DNA of 64,000 bases, from assembly GCF_037042905.1 (NCBI RefSeq), contig NC_087250.1:17176001-17240000 (forward strand), read 5' to 3'. The translations under genes were made by a program, and so were the position numbers. A model generated the notes under the pieces. That model was not told the DNA's origin. It saw only the letters and a program-made list of their open reading frames with translations, and searched no databases. Position 1 is the first letter of the stretch, and the number at the start of each line of letters is the position of its first letter. Positions 52,046-64,000 of this stretch are shown here, piece by piece. Source of the DNA: Lytechinus pictus (taxonomy: Eukaryota).

Positions 52046-52187
52046 CCCACCAAGCCAGGGACCTTATATACAAGGGAAAGGAAGACTCCAATAATGCCTT
52101 TGTGACGTTTACTCTCAACAAAAATAAATTTGCTACCTCAGTCTTGGAGAAGATTCAGACACCAGTATGGAATGAAGAGTGTGAATT
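52046..52187 (+). CDS. RAB11FIP: Rab11-FIP-like coding exon 2 (C2 domain); absent from the ORF track
   Basis: HQARDLIYKGKEDSNNAFVTFTLNKNKFATSVLEKIQTPVWNEECE resembles the Rab11-FIP C2 pattern QAR.L..KGK....A.V...L.K.K..TSV.EK...PVW.EEC. Confidence 0.88.
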
Positions 52188-53631
52188 GTAAGTTAAATGT
52201 TTGCTCAATAATTTTGGTTTATCATAGTTAACAATATTTATTTATTTATTTATTTATTCATTTATTTATTTATCAAAATATCTTTATACAGGATAACAAG
52301 CTCAGATTGACTGTTTTTCAGCATGGTCCTTAGGTTCTATACAAGTAATGAATGAATTCATTAACATAAAAAATCAGAATTATCACGAAAGAGTACATAT
52401 TCAATTTTTGAGGAATTGATGAAATGAAAATTGTTATCCTGTAGACTTCACAATAACAGTAAATATATAAGGTGTATGATAACTATTAAAGGTGTATTAT
52501 ATATACTACATATTTTTTGTGCCCATATGTTTTCTTTATTTTGCTTCAAGAGAGTATATTGTTGTGAATTTATTGTACCACTGTACCAGTACATATATTA
52601 TAATACACTTTGTTCAGAAATCAGGAAGTCAAAGTGTTTGTGATCAGTATTCAAGTCTGGAAATTCATGAAAATATAAAACCAAAGCAAAGTACATGTAC
52701 CCAAGCCTATCTATACTAGATTCCCTATTTTTCTAACATTTCAATGAGAATCACACAATTTAGGAGGAAGACAGAATTTCACAGAAAATGCAATGTTCCA
52801 GGCTCAAAAAATTGAATTACGGTAAATACATTGAAATCCAAAACAAAGCTATACATGTACATGGAAAATCTGCCCTTGTCAATAAATTAGTGTACAATAA
52901 AGCTATTTAACTCAATGCTCGGATCTGTGATCATGCAAATTATAGTACTTGTTGAGATTCAGTACTTACAATTTCACAAGTAGAGTAGTGCATTTTCAGT
53001 GATTTGTTAACTTCGGTGATTAGGTAATTTCTTAAAATGTAACATATTTGGATAAAGTGTACACTACCAAAAATTGATGAAACAGACACAACCTTTATTG
53101 GATATATATTTGACCTACCACCCCAAAACCACCAATAAGTCACCAGGTAAAGATTCTCTGTAAATAGCCAAAAAGAAATTTAGTCTCCAAAAACCGAAAA
53201 AAATAAAAAATAGCTCATCTGAAAGAACAATTCTTCTTCTTCATACTGTGAAAATTTGAAGTCATGAAGTTGAATAAAAGAAAAGATAAAGTAATTTATT
53301 GGACACTTTTTTTTCGGACTGCTTGGAAGTTTCACTGAGATTACACAGTATGCACATCTCATGCTTGAGTGAACCCCAAACTTCAAACCTTGTTTTCTCC
53401 TTTTTTTTAAAGCTCTGGCTGAATTTCCTCTGCATTCAATCAAGTACTTGTAATGGTTATTGTTGGTCAATTTTAACGTATTATATATCATTTTAAAGCT
53501 TAGGAAGTGAATTTTCAAGCTCAATGAAAATCTCTTTATTCATTTTGGTTGACTAATTGTTGGTTTTGGGGTAGCTGTTCACATATGATGTTTTCTTTTC
53601 TTTTTTCTTTTTTTTTGGGTGTGTTTTGCAG

Positions 53632-53763
53632 TGTAATAGCAGACCAAGGTGGAACTTTAGAACTAGTAGTCTGCCATTCAGACTTTCTGCGAGAACGATT
53701 TCTTGGCCGAGTAGAGATTTCACTTAGTGCTATAGCTGCATCCTATGGAAAAAGCATAAAAAA
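53632..53763 (+). CDS. RAB11FIP: Rab11-FIP-like coding exon 3 (C2 domain)
   Basis: ttttgcag|...|gtaagt, phase 2-2; VIADQGGTLELVVCHSDFLRERFLGRVEISL. Confidence 0.88.
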
Positions 53764-53828
53764 GTAAGTACAATTTAACCCTGGTCCCTGGAGATGCTTT
53801 ATTAGCTGTTTGTAATGTTATTTAATGT

Positions 53829-54181
53829 GGAAGCACTGTGGTGTAGCGGTTCTGACTCTTGCCTTGTAATCAGAGGGTCGTGTGTTCGAATCCCACCATG
53901 GTCTAGCGTCCTTTGGCAAGGCGTCAATCCACAATTTGCCACTCTCCACCCAGGTGTTAAATGGGTACCCGGTAGGATGCGAAAGCCTATGTAGTATGCC
54001 TAGCAATTGAGTCTTGGAACTCTTGTTGGAATGCTCCCCAGGGAGTGGAGAAGGTGCATACATTGTATGCGGGCATGCAAGGATCCGATGACCGGGGTAA
54101 TAATATATCTGTAAAGCGCTTAGAGACGTCGTTCCGATGTGTTAAGCGCTATATAAATGCGGAATATTATTATTATTATTA
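53829..54181 (+). mobile_element. tRNA-derived SINE with L2-like 3' end and (ATT)n tail
   Basis: A box tggtgtagcgg, B box gttcgaatccc, central ccacccaggtgttaaatgggtacc, tail gtaaagcgcttagag...aagcgctatataaat. Confidence 0.9.
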
Positions 54182-54293
54182 TGCCTGGAAAATGGAGTGC
54201 TAAAATATGAGACGAAATGTTAATGTGTATTAACTTGTTGTGTAAGTTTAAAGGTCAATTAAAAAAGTCTTGTTTTCGCTTCTCCCTTCCTAG

Positions 54294-54457
54294 ATGGTAC
54301 AAGTTGCAGCCGAAAAAGGGCAAGGAAGCCAAGAAAATAGGTGACAGGGGTCAACTAGAGGTCACAGTTCAAATCTTGTACAGGGAAGATATAGGTCAGC
54401 AACAGGTCAAAGGTCAAGAGAAGAAACCAGCGTTACTCAACATTTTACCCTCCCCAG
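54294..54457 (+). CDS. RAB11FIP: Rab11-FIP-like coding exon 4 (end of C2 domain)
   Basis: WYKLQPKKGKEAKKIGDRGQLEVTVQI (cf. W.KL..K.GK....RGEIEV..QF); phase-1 donor CAG|gtatgc fits exon 60436. Confidence 0.88.
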
Positions 54458-54844
54458 GTATGCAGGATAAATCAAATGATGCACAGGTGTGAGTGTGTGT
54501 GTTGCGATGCAGTGCTCTCGCAGCTATTTTAAAGAAGCACAAGGCTTACTCAGTGCTTTTGCACAACATTTAGAATACCAAGATGGCTGCATTATGGCAA
54601 ACATCACAAGCCTATGCATTATTTGCATTATAACATGCTAGTAGACCAATTAGTTACAACCCTAATTTGTTCTATCTTTGTGGTCACCATAGAATTATAC
54701 CATCTGGTTGTAGACCAAGTAGATACAACTCTATTTTTTCTTATCTTTGTTGATACTGTAGAATTCGACCATTTGCTAGTATACCAAATAGATACGAACA
54801 TATTGTTTGTCCTATCTTTGAGCCTACCATAGAATTAGACCATT

Positions 54845-57800
54845 TAGTCCAGTAGATATGTGAAAAAGATGCTCAAATCTGGCAGAAAGTGTGAAATTTG
54901 GCATACTGGGGGATTTTTGGGCGCTGATTTCAAAAATTGCCGGCCCCAAGCGATTTGACCATCGGGTCGGCCGCCATTTTGAAATCCAAGATGGCCACCC
55001 TGATAAATCATTAAATGTCAATTTCTTGAGTTTTACATGACATGTGACACTGAAATTTGGCATATAGGGGTATTTTGAAGCACTGATTTCAAATATTGCC
55101 GGCCCCCAGCAATTTGACCATTTGGTCGGCGGCAAAATGGCTGCCATCTTGAAATCCAAGATGGCCGCCATGATATATAATTGCAATCATTTTCTCGAGT
55201 TTTATATGAACTGCGGTATAAAAATTTGGCATATAGGCTTAATTTGGGTGCTGATTTCAAATATTGCCGGCCCCAAGTTATTTGACCAACGGGCGGCCGC
55301 CATTTTGAAATCCAAGATGGCCGCCCTGAGAAATCATTAATGTCACTTTCTTGAGTTTTACATGACGTGTGACACTGAAATTCGGTATGTTGGGGTATTT
55401 CTAGGCACTGATTTCAAATATTGCCGGCCCCCAGCAATTTGACCATTTGGTCGGCGGCTAAATGGCCGCCATTTTGGAATCCAAAATGGCCGCCATGAAA
55501 AATCATTAAATGTCATTTTCTTGAGTTTTACATGATATGTGACACTGAAATTTGGCATATTGGCTTAATTCGGGGTGCTGATTTCAAATATTGCCGGCCC
55601 CAAGTGATTTGACCATCGGGTCGGCCGCCATTTTGAAATCAAAGATGGCCGCCATGAGAAATCATTAATGTCATTTTCTTGAGTTTTACATGACGTGTGA
55701 CACTGAAATTTGGCATAGGCCTATAGGGGTATTTTTAGGCTCTGATTTCAAATATTGCCGGCCCCCAGCAATTTGACCATTTGGTCGGCGGCTAAATGGC
55801 CGCCATTTTAAAATCCAAGATGGCCACCATGAAAAATCATTAAATGTCATTTTCTTGAGTTTTACATGATATGTGACACTGAAATTTGGCAAATAGGGGT
55901 ATTTTGAGGCACTGTGATCTGACCATCAGTTCAGCGGCAAGATGGCTGCCATGAAAAACCATATCAAAATAATTTTCTTGGATTTTACATTATATATGAC
56001 ACCAAACTTTGACATACATTCTGTATGTACGTGGCACTGATTTTTGCCGGCCACCAGCAATGTAACCACCGGGTTTCGGCAAAATGACCGCCATGAATTA
56101 AAAGCAATGATAATTGTCTTGAGTTTTACATGAACTCTGACCCTGAAAGTTGTCATATAGGCATATATTTAGGCACTGATTATGGTCAGACCCCTGTTTG
56201 GTTGCCATTTTGAAATACAAGATGACCGCCATGAAAGATAATTTGCTCAAGTCTTACGTATGGCCTTCAACACTGAATTTGGAGAAAAACTTGATCTTTG
56301 CATCTTTGATCAATAAAAAAACATATAAATAGATGCTATTTTGAATTCCAATATGGTTATCAAGTTTGAATGATGTACAACATTATAATGGTGAGTAAAA
56401 CCCATTGTATTGGCACTGAAAAAAATCCAACACAACCACATCTTTGTCCGTTGCAAGGATTATAATACTTTGGCACCCTTAATTGCTGATATAGATGTTA
56501 CGTAAGTATGAAGCACCATGAATACACAAACCAGCTAGCTTCTTCTGCAGTTACACATTTGAAGTGGCTTTGGTTGAATAATAACCATCCGGAACAATCA
56601 TTTTCTGTTGAGAGGCAGTAAATTTTTTCTTTGAGTTTTATATGATCTGCAGTATTGCACGTTGACATATCGACGGAGTGCGGGGTGCTCAGGGTGATCC
56701 CCTGAGTCAGAAGCAAAATGTCAGCCATCTTGAAATCCAAGATGGCTGCCATTAAAAAAGATCATTATAAAAAATCACTTTATCTAGTATCACGTAATGT
56801 ATTATTTTAAAATTTGACATCTAGGGATATTGAAATTGCCCCCAGTAATCTGTCCAATATATATGCTGCAAAATGGCCACCATCTTGAAATCTAGAGAGG
56901 ATCGACTGACATGAAAATTCATTAAAATCATTTTCTTGGTTTTAAATAATTTGAGGCACTACATTTTAGACATACAGGCAGGTTTTTGGCCTGCTGGTTT
57001 CAGAATATTGCTCCAATAATTGTGATATTTTATTACAAAATCGACATGATGAAAACTGCTCCAGACTTGAAGTACTGATGGTTATATAGTGGTATGATGA
57101 TGATGATGATGAATTAATGTTAATGATGGGTGATAATAATACATATTTTATTGTTCAAAATATAATTCAGTAACAGAAATGCTCCGAAAATTTATTTTGC
57201 CCATACCCTGTAGATCGTGAGCCCGGCAGCAACTTAGCAGCGCCACATCGGACGTTGCTCTATCCCTTAAAAAGGGAAGTTCAACCCAGAGAAAATTTTG
57301 TTGTAAAAACACAAGAAAATATGATATAAAAAAGATATTGCTAAATCCATCTAAGATATCAGAATCTTAAGTTTTTGATTTGTGACGTCATATACTGTAC
57401 GAGCAGCTGCCCCATTATGTTGTGTGATATAAAATGCATAAATGGTTCATCATGGGTGATTTTTTTCTTTCTGGAGCGGGTGTGAAATCATTTGTTTGTT
57501 GATATGCTGAGGGTTCAATTTTTTTTTTAGGAGGCTACATTTCATTGATTTTTGTACTATAAGAAACATGGGGGAACTGCTTGCATCTGACGTCACAAAT
57601 ACACTAAATGAAATTCCAATAGCTTTTTAAATATTTGATGGAATTTCCTCAAACCTTCAATGTCTTTTTTAATTATTTATTATGTTATTGTTTCAATAAA
57701 CTTTTTGTCAGGGTGAACTTCCCCTTTAATTCGTTGACCGCCAAACAGGGTAGAAGTAACTCCCCTCTTTTAACATCGTTTGGTCTGATGCTGTCGGAGC

Positions 57801-60155
57801 TTGATCTCCCGATTGTGAGGCGAACATGCTCCCATTGTCAGATTGTCGAACACACGATGGTTATCAATTGAATCGTTCTAAAGTAATTCCTGGAGATCTG
57901 TAAGATTCACTGTCAACCGCCTAGCATATGATTGATAGCAATAATAAATGGATTACCATCAGTTATACCATACATGAATTTTGATTCGTGCTATCATATC
58001 GTACTTATTTTCCCCCACAATAATCAATATTTAGAACTAAGCTAGGTAATCATGTCCTTTGTGTCATGATGGGTCATATGGGAATTTAAAATGGCAGGTA
58101 AAGTGTGTTATGTGTAATATGTTCATTATTTATCCATATTTGAAATTAACATACAATACAAGTTTTTGCTTCATAATACCAATTTACAGTGTCACAGGTA
58201 ATGTAGAATTCAGGAAAACATTTTTGAAAGATATTTCGTAGTAGCCATCTAAGATTTCAAAGTGGCGGTCATTTTTCAGCTGACCCGGTGGGTCAATCAC
58301 TGGGGCAGCAATATTCTAAAACCAGCAGGCCAAAACCTGCCTGTATGTCTAAAATGCAGTGCCTCAAATTATTTAAAACTCAAGAAAATTAGTTTAATGA
58401 ATTTTCATGACAGTCGATCCTCTCTAGATTTCAAGATGGTGGCCATTTTGCAGCATAACTATTGGACATATTACTGGGGGAAATTTCAATACCCCAAGAT
58501 GCCAAATTTCAAAATAATACCTACGTCATAATTATGATACTTGATTTTTTTAATGATTTTTTAATGGCAGCCATCTTGGATTTCAAGATGGCTGCCATTT
58601 TGCAGCTGAGGTATCAAGGGCCTAAAACATTTCCCATAAACTCGTGTGTTAAAGAGGCGCTCAAAAAAAAAAAAAAATAGGGATGAAATTCGAGAATTGG
58701 ATGTTTACTACCTGTCCAGTGGATAGGATATATGTCTGACTTTCCATATCTGACCAGAAAAGGGTACCTCGACCAGCTCATTTTAAAAATAAATCGGCAT
58801 TTATGAAGACTACACCTGACAGGATCAAATTCATCACTTGAGACAGTAAAATGGCAATACTTCTCCCGCCAGTATAAAAATAGTTCCAAAGTGGTGATAT
58901 ATCTTCCCAATTTGAAAAAAGGAAGTTCAGTAAAGTTACCCTCCCTAGAATAAGTGTTAGATTATCAATCATTTTCATTCATTTTTGAATCAGCAATATC
59001 AAAATTAAAAATTGAAAATTAAATGGGTTGGCTCGAATGAATATATTTGGCCCGTATAACCCTGACTCAGGGGATCAGATCGCTGAGGGCCAGCAATATT
59101 TGAAATAAGCTCCCCACACTACTTCTATATGTCAAAAGTGCAATACCGCAGATCATATAAAACTCAACAAAATAATTGAAATATTTCTAAGGCAGCCAGC
59201 TTCGAATTCAAGATGTGGGCCATTTTTCCGCCGACCAATTGTCAGATTGCTTGGAGCCAGCAATTTTTTTAATGAACTCACCCAGATACCGATATACTAC
59301 ACATTTCAGGGGCACATATTATGTAAAATTCAAGAAAATGAGTTCAATGATTTTTCATGGCGGCCATCTTGGATTTCAAATGGCGGCTGACCCGATGGTC
59401 AAATCGCTTGAGGCCGGCAATATTTAAAATCAGCACCCCGAATTTAGCCTATATGCCAAATTTCAGTGTCACATATCATGTAAAACTCAAGAAAATGACT
59501 TTTAATGATTTTTTATGGCGGCCATCTTGGATTTCAAAATGGCGGCCATTTAGCCGCTGACCAAGTGGTCAAATTGCTGGGGGCCCGCAATATTTAAAAT
59601 CAGTGCCTAAATATTACCCAACACACCAAATTTCAGTGTCACACGTCATGTAAAACTCAAGAAAATGACATTAATGATTTCAAAATGGCGGCCATCTTGG
59701 ATATCAAAATGGCGGCCGACGCGATGGTCAAATCACATGGGGCCGGCAATATTTAAAATCAGCACTCCAAATTAAGCCTATATGCCAAATTTCAATACAG
59801 CAGTTCTTAAAAAACTCGAGAAAATGATTGCAATAATATATCATGGCGGCCATTTTGCCGCCGACCAAACGGTCAAATTGCTAATGGGCGGCAATATTTG
59901 AAATCAGTGCCTCAAAATACCCCTGTATGCCAAATTTCAGTGTCACATGCCATGTAAAACTCAAGAAATTGACATTTAATGATATTTCATGGCGGCCATC
60001 TTGGATTTCAAAATGGCGGCCGACCCGATGGTCAAATCGCTTGGGGCCGGCAATTTTTTAAATCAGCGCCCAAAAATACCCCTGTATGCCAAATTTCACA
60101 CTTTCTGCCAGATCCGAGCATCTTGGCCATTTTTTGTCACATAACCGCTCCACTA
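54845..60155. mobile_element. 5.3-kb foldback element, TAGT..ACTA termini, 3-bp TSD (Academ-like)
   Basis: att|tagt...acta|att; ~2-kb inverted arms made of ~160-bp repeats rich in aaaatggc(c/g)gcc. Confidence 0.85.
57271..57725. mobile_element. TTAA-TSD MITE nested in the foldback spacer
   Basis: ttaa|aaagggaagttcaaccc...gggtgaacttcccct|ttaa. Confidence 0.75.
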
Positions 60156-60435
60156 ATTTGCTGGTATACAAAGAAGATACAGCCCCACTTTTGTTTTATC
60201 TTTGTTAATACTGTAGAGTTGGACCATCTGCTAGTAGACCAAGTAGATACAACCCTAATTTATATTTGTCTTTGTGGCTACCATAGAATAGACCAACTGC
60301 AAAACAGTAGACCAAGAAGATGCAAACCTGTTTTGTTTTTCTTATATTTGTGGCTACCATATTATTAGACCATCTGCGAGTAGACCAAGTAGATACAAAC
60401 CTAATTTGTTTTTTTTATCTTTGTGGCTACCATAG

Positions 60436-60554
60436 CATGGAGAAGAAGACAGTCCGGTACATCTCCAGAGACAAAACGAAAAGATTCAAGAAAAGATTCG
60501 ACAAATGAAGACTACTTCTATGACATCAACAGAGAACTACAGTTTAATGATCCA
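60436..60554 (+). CDS. RAB11FIP: Rab11-FIP-like coding exon 5
   Basis: catag|CA TGG AGA... WRRRQSGTSPETKRKDSRKDSTNEDYFYDINRELQFNDP|gtaagc; phase 1-0 fits both neighbours. Confidence 0.75.
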
Positions 60555-60746
60555 GTAAGCATGTCATTTACTTTTCATTCATCGAAATCTAATTTCTTCA
60601 TTCTGCTCAACCGTTTGCACATTAAAGAACCTACTTCTCCATTCGAAAAGAGTAGTGTATTTTCTTTTTCCTGGTGAAGTAGGTATTAGTTTTTTATTTA
60701 CTCTGTTTACTTTGTGATTCAGTCCATTGATCATTTCAGTAATATT

Positions 60747-61183
60747 GGCCCGAATTCACAAAGGTGGTTTTGAAAACCCACGGTTGAGTCCATGGTTTAT
60801 GCAGATTTCCTGTGTAAATTACGCTTAATTTAGCGTGTATCAGGCGCGTGTATAAAAAATGTCAAATGCTGATGTGCACTTTTGTCACAATGCGCCAAAT
60901 TGACACCTGCTGCTGTGGTTATCCATGCTATTTTATTCATGAGTCCATTGTTTTTATTCATGAGTCCACTCGTCAAACAGTGGACTCATGAATAAAATAG
61001 CGTATCTAACCATGGTATTACAGGCGTCAATTTGGCGCACTGTGACAAAAGCGCGCAACAGCATTTGACATATTTTATACACGCGCCCGATATGCGCTAA
61101 ATTAAGCGTAATTTATACAGGAAATCTGCATAAGCCATGGACTCAACCGTGGGTTTTCAAAACCACCTTTGTGAATTCGGGTC
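60747..61183. mobile_element. Near-palindromic PIF/Harbinger-type MITE
   Basis: att|ggcccgaattcacaaaggtgg...ccacctttgtgaattcgggtc|att. Confidence 0.9.
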
Positions 61184-61951
61184 ATTAAGGCCAAGGGAAA
61201 AAACCATACCATTCAAAATAACTTTAAGGATTAATATGAAGACACTCATTGGACACATTTTGTTCGTATTGTTGTTAATCCTCAATGGATCCATCCATTC
61301 TGCTCAATGATTAAGCAATATTGACTGGCCTTGGGGCAGTACGACATATATCACCCAAACTAGATTTATATCGCCCAATGCGTTTGTTTATAAACTGGTT
61401 CCAGCCAGATTTCTCAAATACTGAAACTAGTGATCAAAATTGGCTCCTACTGCGCAAGCGCACTAGCAGAAATTGGCCAATACTGCCCTCTGTTTTGTAC
61501 AGGATTCCTATGGGCAAAGCCCGGGGAGGGCAACATGGCAAATGTTTACCTCGTCGGTCTCGGATTGAAAGTAGCGAGCGAAAATATGACTTTTATTTAT
61601 CTGCTAAAATACCTTGTATATAGGTAATAATATATGATATTTCACTATGATGTAGGCCTATTATTCACACAACTTTCAGTCTATTGTAGAGGTTGGTATT
61701 TGATATATATTTATATTTCCCTCTAATCCCACATCTCAGTTTTCTATTATGACTCTCATTCCTTCTATTATGACTCTTAGTTCTTTTGAAAGATTCTTGA
61801 TATTTTGTTTATAAAATATTAGATTGCCCTCTTTTTTCACACATACTGTAGGCCTTCTATTCATAAGACTCTGTCCTTTTGGAGGATCATTGATACATGT
61901 AGTTGGTATATAATATTTTATACTGGGTACTTCTTTCCTATCCCAATCTAG

Positions 61952-62209
61952 GCCTTCTATTCAGACGACTCTCAGTCAGTCGCCTCCTCGATGAGCGATG
62001 ACTTCCGTACCATTCACCATCAACGGTACTCCACCCCCGATGTCGTCGACCAAGCAAAGGATCTGCGTTCACAGCCTCCTACCCCTCCCGTTCAGAAGCC
62101 ACCTACTTCTAACAGGTTACGACCGGGAGGTTTGACCGGGTCGGCGAGGGGTAAAGGGGGAATCGGAAGGAATGTTAAGACAGCGTTGGGTAACATCTCG
62201 AAGGCTCTG
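61952..62209 (+). CDS. RAB11FIP: Rab11-FIP-like coding exon 6
   Basis: cccaatctag|AFYSDDSQSVASSMSDDFRT...KTALGNISKAL|gtaagc; 86 codons, phase 0-0. Confidence 0.8.
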
Positions 62210-63739
62210 GTAAGCTCCACATGCTTTCATCATCCTCTTGAAAATTCTGATTAATTATATTTGTACATCTAGATCTGTACATCCGCCAGGCTTCCTCACG
62301 ACCGTCCTTTAAATCATTGCTTAAAACTTACCTGTCTCTTTCCTAAATCGTTGTACAGTATCATTGAAAATGCCTTATGCTTAACTTTGCTTTAATTATG
62401 CTTGGTTTTATTATGAAGCTATATCAGTAATTTCTATTCTTTAGCTAATTTGCATTCTTAAAATAACTTTGTTTTATATTATGTTAATATTTATGTCTTA
62501 CACTGTAAAGTGCATAGACAGCTTTCTTATTATGTGCTTAATAAATCTATCTTATCATTATTATTATTATTTTATAAATGACCTGTTATGGGTTGCCTAT
62601 CATATGGATTGTTCCTTTTCTAGCTGCTACCTGTTTTGCAATGTCAATGTTTCTGTATTGATGTTAATGTAGTAATATTTTTTACTTTTTTGTATAATTG
62701 TTTTACTAATATTATATTTACTTCCATTTTTATTTTGTTGCAAAATAAGATAAATTTATATTAAATTAATTTTCACATTCAGAAATATTTAGTGGTAAAG
62801 GTTTCAGTTAACGATAATGCTTAATTTAATTCACCTTTGTATGGTTATATACCATTATTTTGGTACCACAAAAACCTTAAAATAACCTTAAAAACAGAAA
62901 TACTGAAGTTTTGTTTTCCGATTCTATCATTAATTGTTTCGCTCTAACGTTCCAGTTATTGATGCAATTTTACTCTGATGGATGCATGTCCAAAAGCTTC
63001 AGTATGTCAGTTTTTAGGTCTATTTTACGATAAGTTGTTTTACTCACAAAGCCGTTAGAAATGTACTTCATTTTCCCATAATGTATTTTTTATACACATA
63101 TTGTAAGCTTGTGGCAGATCCAGCCTTGTTAGATATAACAGCATTTCATTGGCCATATTGTCTGTACACAATTGTGTCGAGTTTGGTTAGTTCTGTCTCT
63201 GCTTTACCCCAAACTGGTTGTATAGGACTACATTTTATTTTATCTTCTTGTTATTTTTAACTAACCTTTCTTCTTTTCTTTTTTGTCTACTTCTCTTACT
63301 TTTCTTGCTCTCCTTCATCTTCTTCTCATTCTTCTTTTTCTTCTTCTTCTTCTTTTCTTTCTTCTTTTTTTTTTCTTCTTCTTTTTCTTCTACTTCTAGC
63401 TTCTTCTTTGTTTTATATTGCATGTTTTGACTGTGTTCTATATTACCCTTTTATCATAAATAGGCTTAATATGCAGTAGTATGTTATTTATTGCATTCAG
63501 TCTATGATATACATGTACTTTTTAATTATGTAAATAATACCATTGTTATGAAACTACACCTTTTCATATATTGTATATCCATTTGCAGTTCTGTCTTTGT
63601 AACTGCGATGCATGATATAATAAATACCATACCATACTAATACACGCAAATATGATAAAGTACGCATATCTGGAAAATACTTATAGATGTTGTTAATTTC
63701 TCAATACTCAAGTTATTGTTATATTCCATTTTTCTTCAG

Positions 63740-64000
63740 AGCAAAGAGCATATAGACAAGGTTGGGGTAAGTACACCAGACCTACGCTACGTATCGTCCT
63801 CTTTGCCTCCCACGCCAATCCACGAACATGAACAACACCATCAGCATGGTACGTCAGCCCCGGATGAACAGGATGGTTTCCGCAACCCTGGGGTACACCT
63901 GGGCGTGTCCAGTCTAGGGGGTGCGTTGCTGGCGCCGCCCGCTTCCCTCCAGAGAGCCGTGTCGGAGGAGAGTTTGCTGAAAGAGAAGGAGGAGAGAGAG
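63740..64000 (+). CDS. RAB11FIP: Rab11-FIP-like coding exon 7, runs off the window
   Basis: tttttcttcag|SKEHIDKVGVSTPDLRY...LQRAVSEESLLKEKEERE, open for 87 codons, GC-rich. Confidence 0.75.

Larger units (their letters stand above)
54641..60435 (+). repeat. ~70-bp intronic tandem repeat (54641-54844 and 60156-60435) split by an insertion
   Basis: Unit gtagaccaagtagatacaaccctaatt..ttttatctttgtggctaccatagaattagaccatctgcta; ~7 copies. Confidence 0.85.

Noticed and set aside
53829..53900. tRNA gene
   Set aside because: A/B boxes continue into a SINE body and (ATT)n tail; no proper acceptor stem or poly-T terminator.
54458..54492. Extension of exon 4 to donors at 54486/54488
   Set aside because: Phase is incompatible with exon 60436; donor 54457 fits.

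Overview
AT-rich, intron-containing animal genomic DNA. The repeat landscape (poly-G/C hAT-type MITEs, tRNA-SINE with L2 tail, TTAGGG tract) suggests a sea urchin, which is an inference. Three host genes can be rebuilt by hand on the + strand from GT-AG, phase-consistent exons: two tandem CD225/dispanin (IFITM/PRRT-like) paralogues (~12.9-15.7 kb and ~20.6-22.3 kb), and the 5' part of a class I Rab11-FIP-like C2-domain gene (47156 to window end). Almost all long ORFs in the track are artefacts of micro/minisatellites. The rest is a nested set of non-autonomous mobile elements whose termini and target-site duplications (TSDs) can be read directly. Highlights: a 34-bp 17+17 palindrome with an 8-bp TSD that fits a P-element excision footprint; a Penelope-like inverted pseudo-LTR carrying a minimal hammerhead ribozyme; tandem TSD-less elements with an internal inverted copy of their own end-to-end junction; an 8.9-kb CCC..GGG element carrying a putative spliced non-coding unit; a GG..CC element carrying a (TTAGGG)n tract; and tandemly amplified 3' splice sites in the Rab11-FIP-like gene. 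Superfamily names are inferred from termini and TSD length only; no intact transposase is seen.
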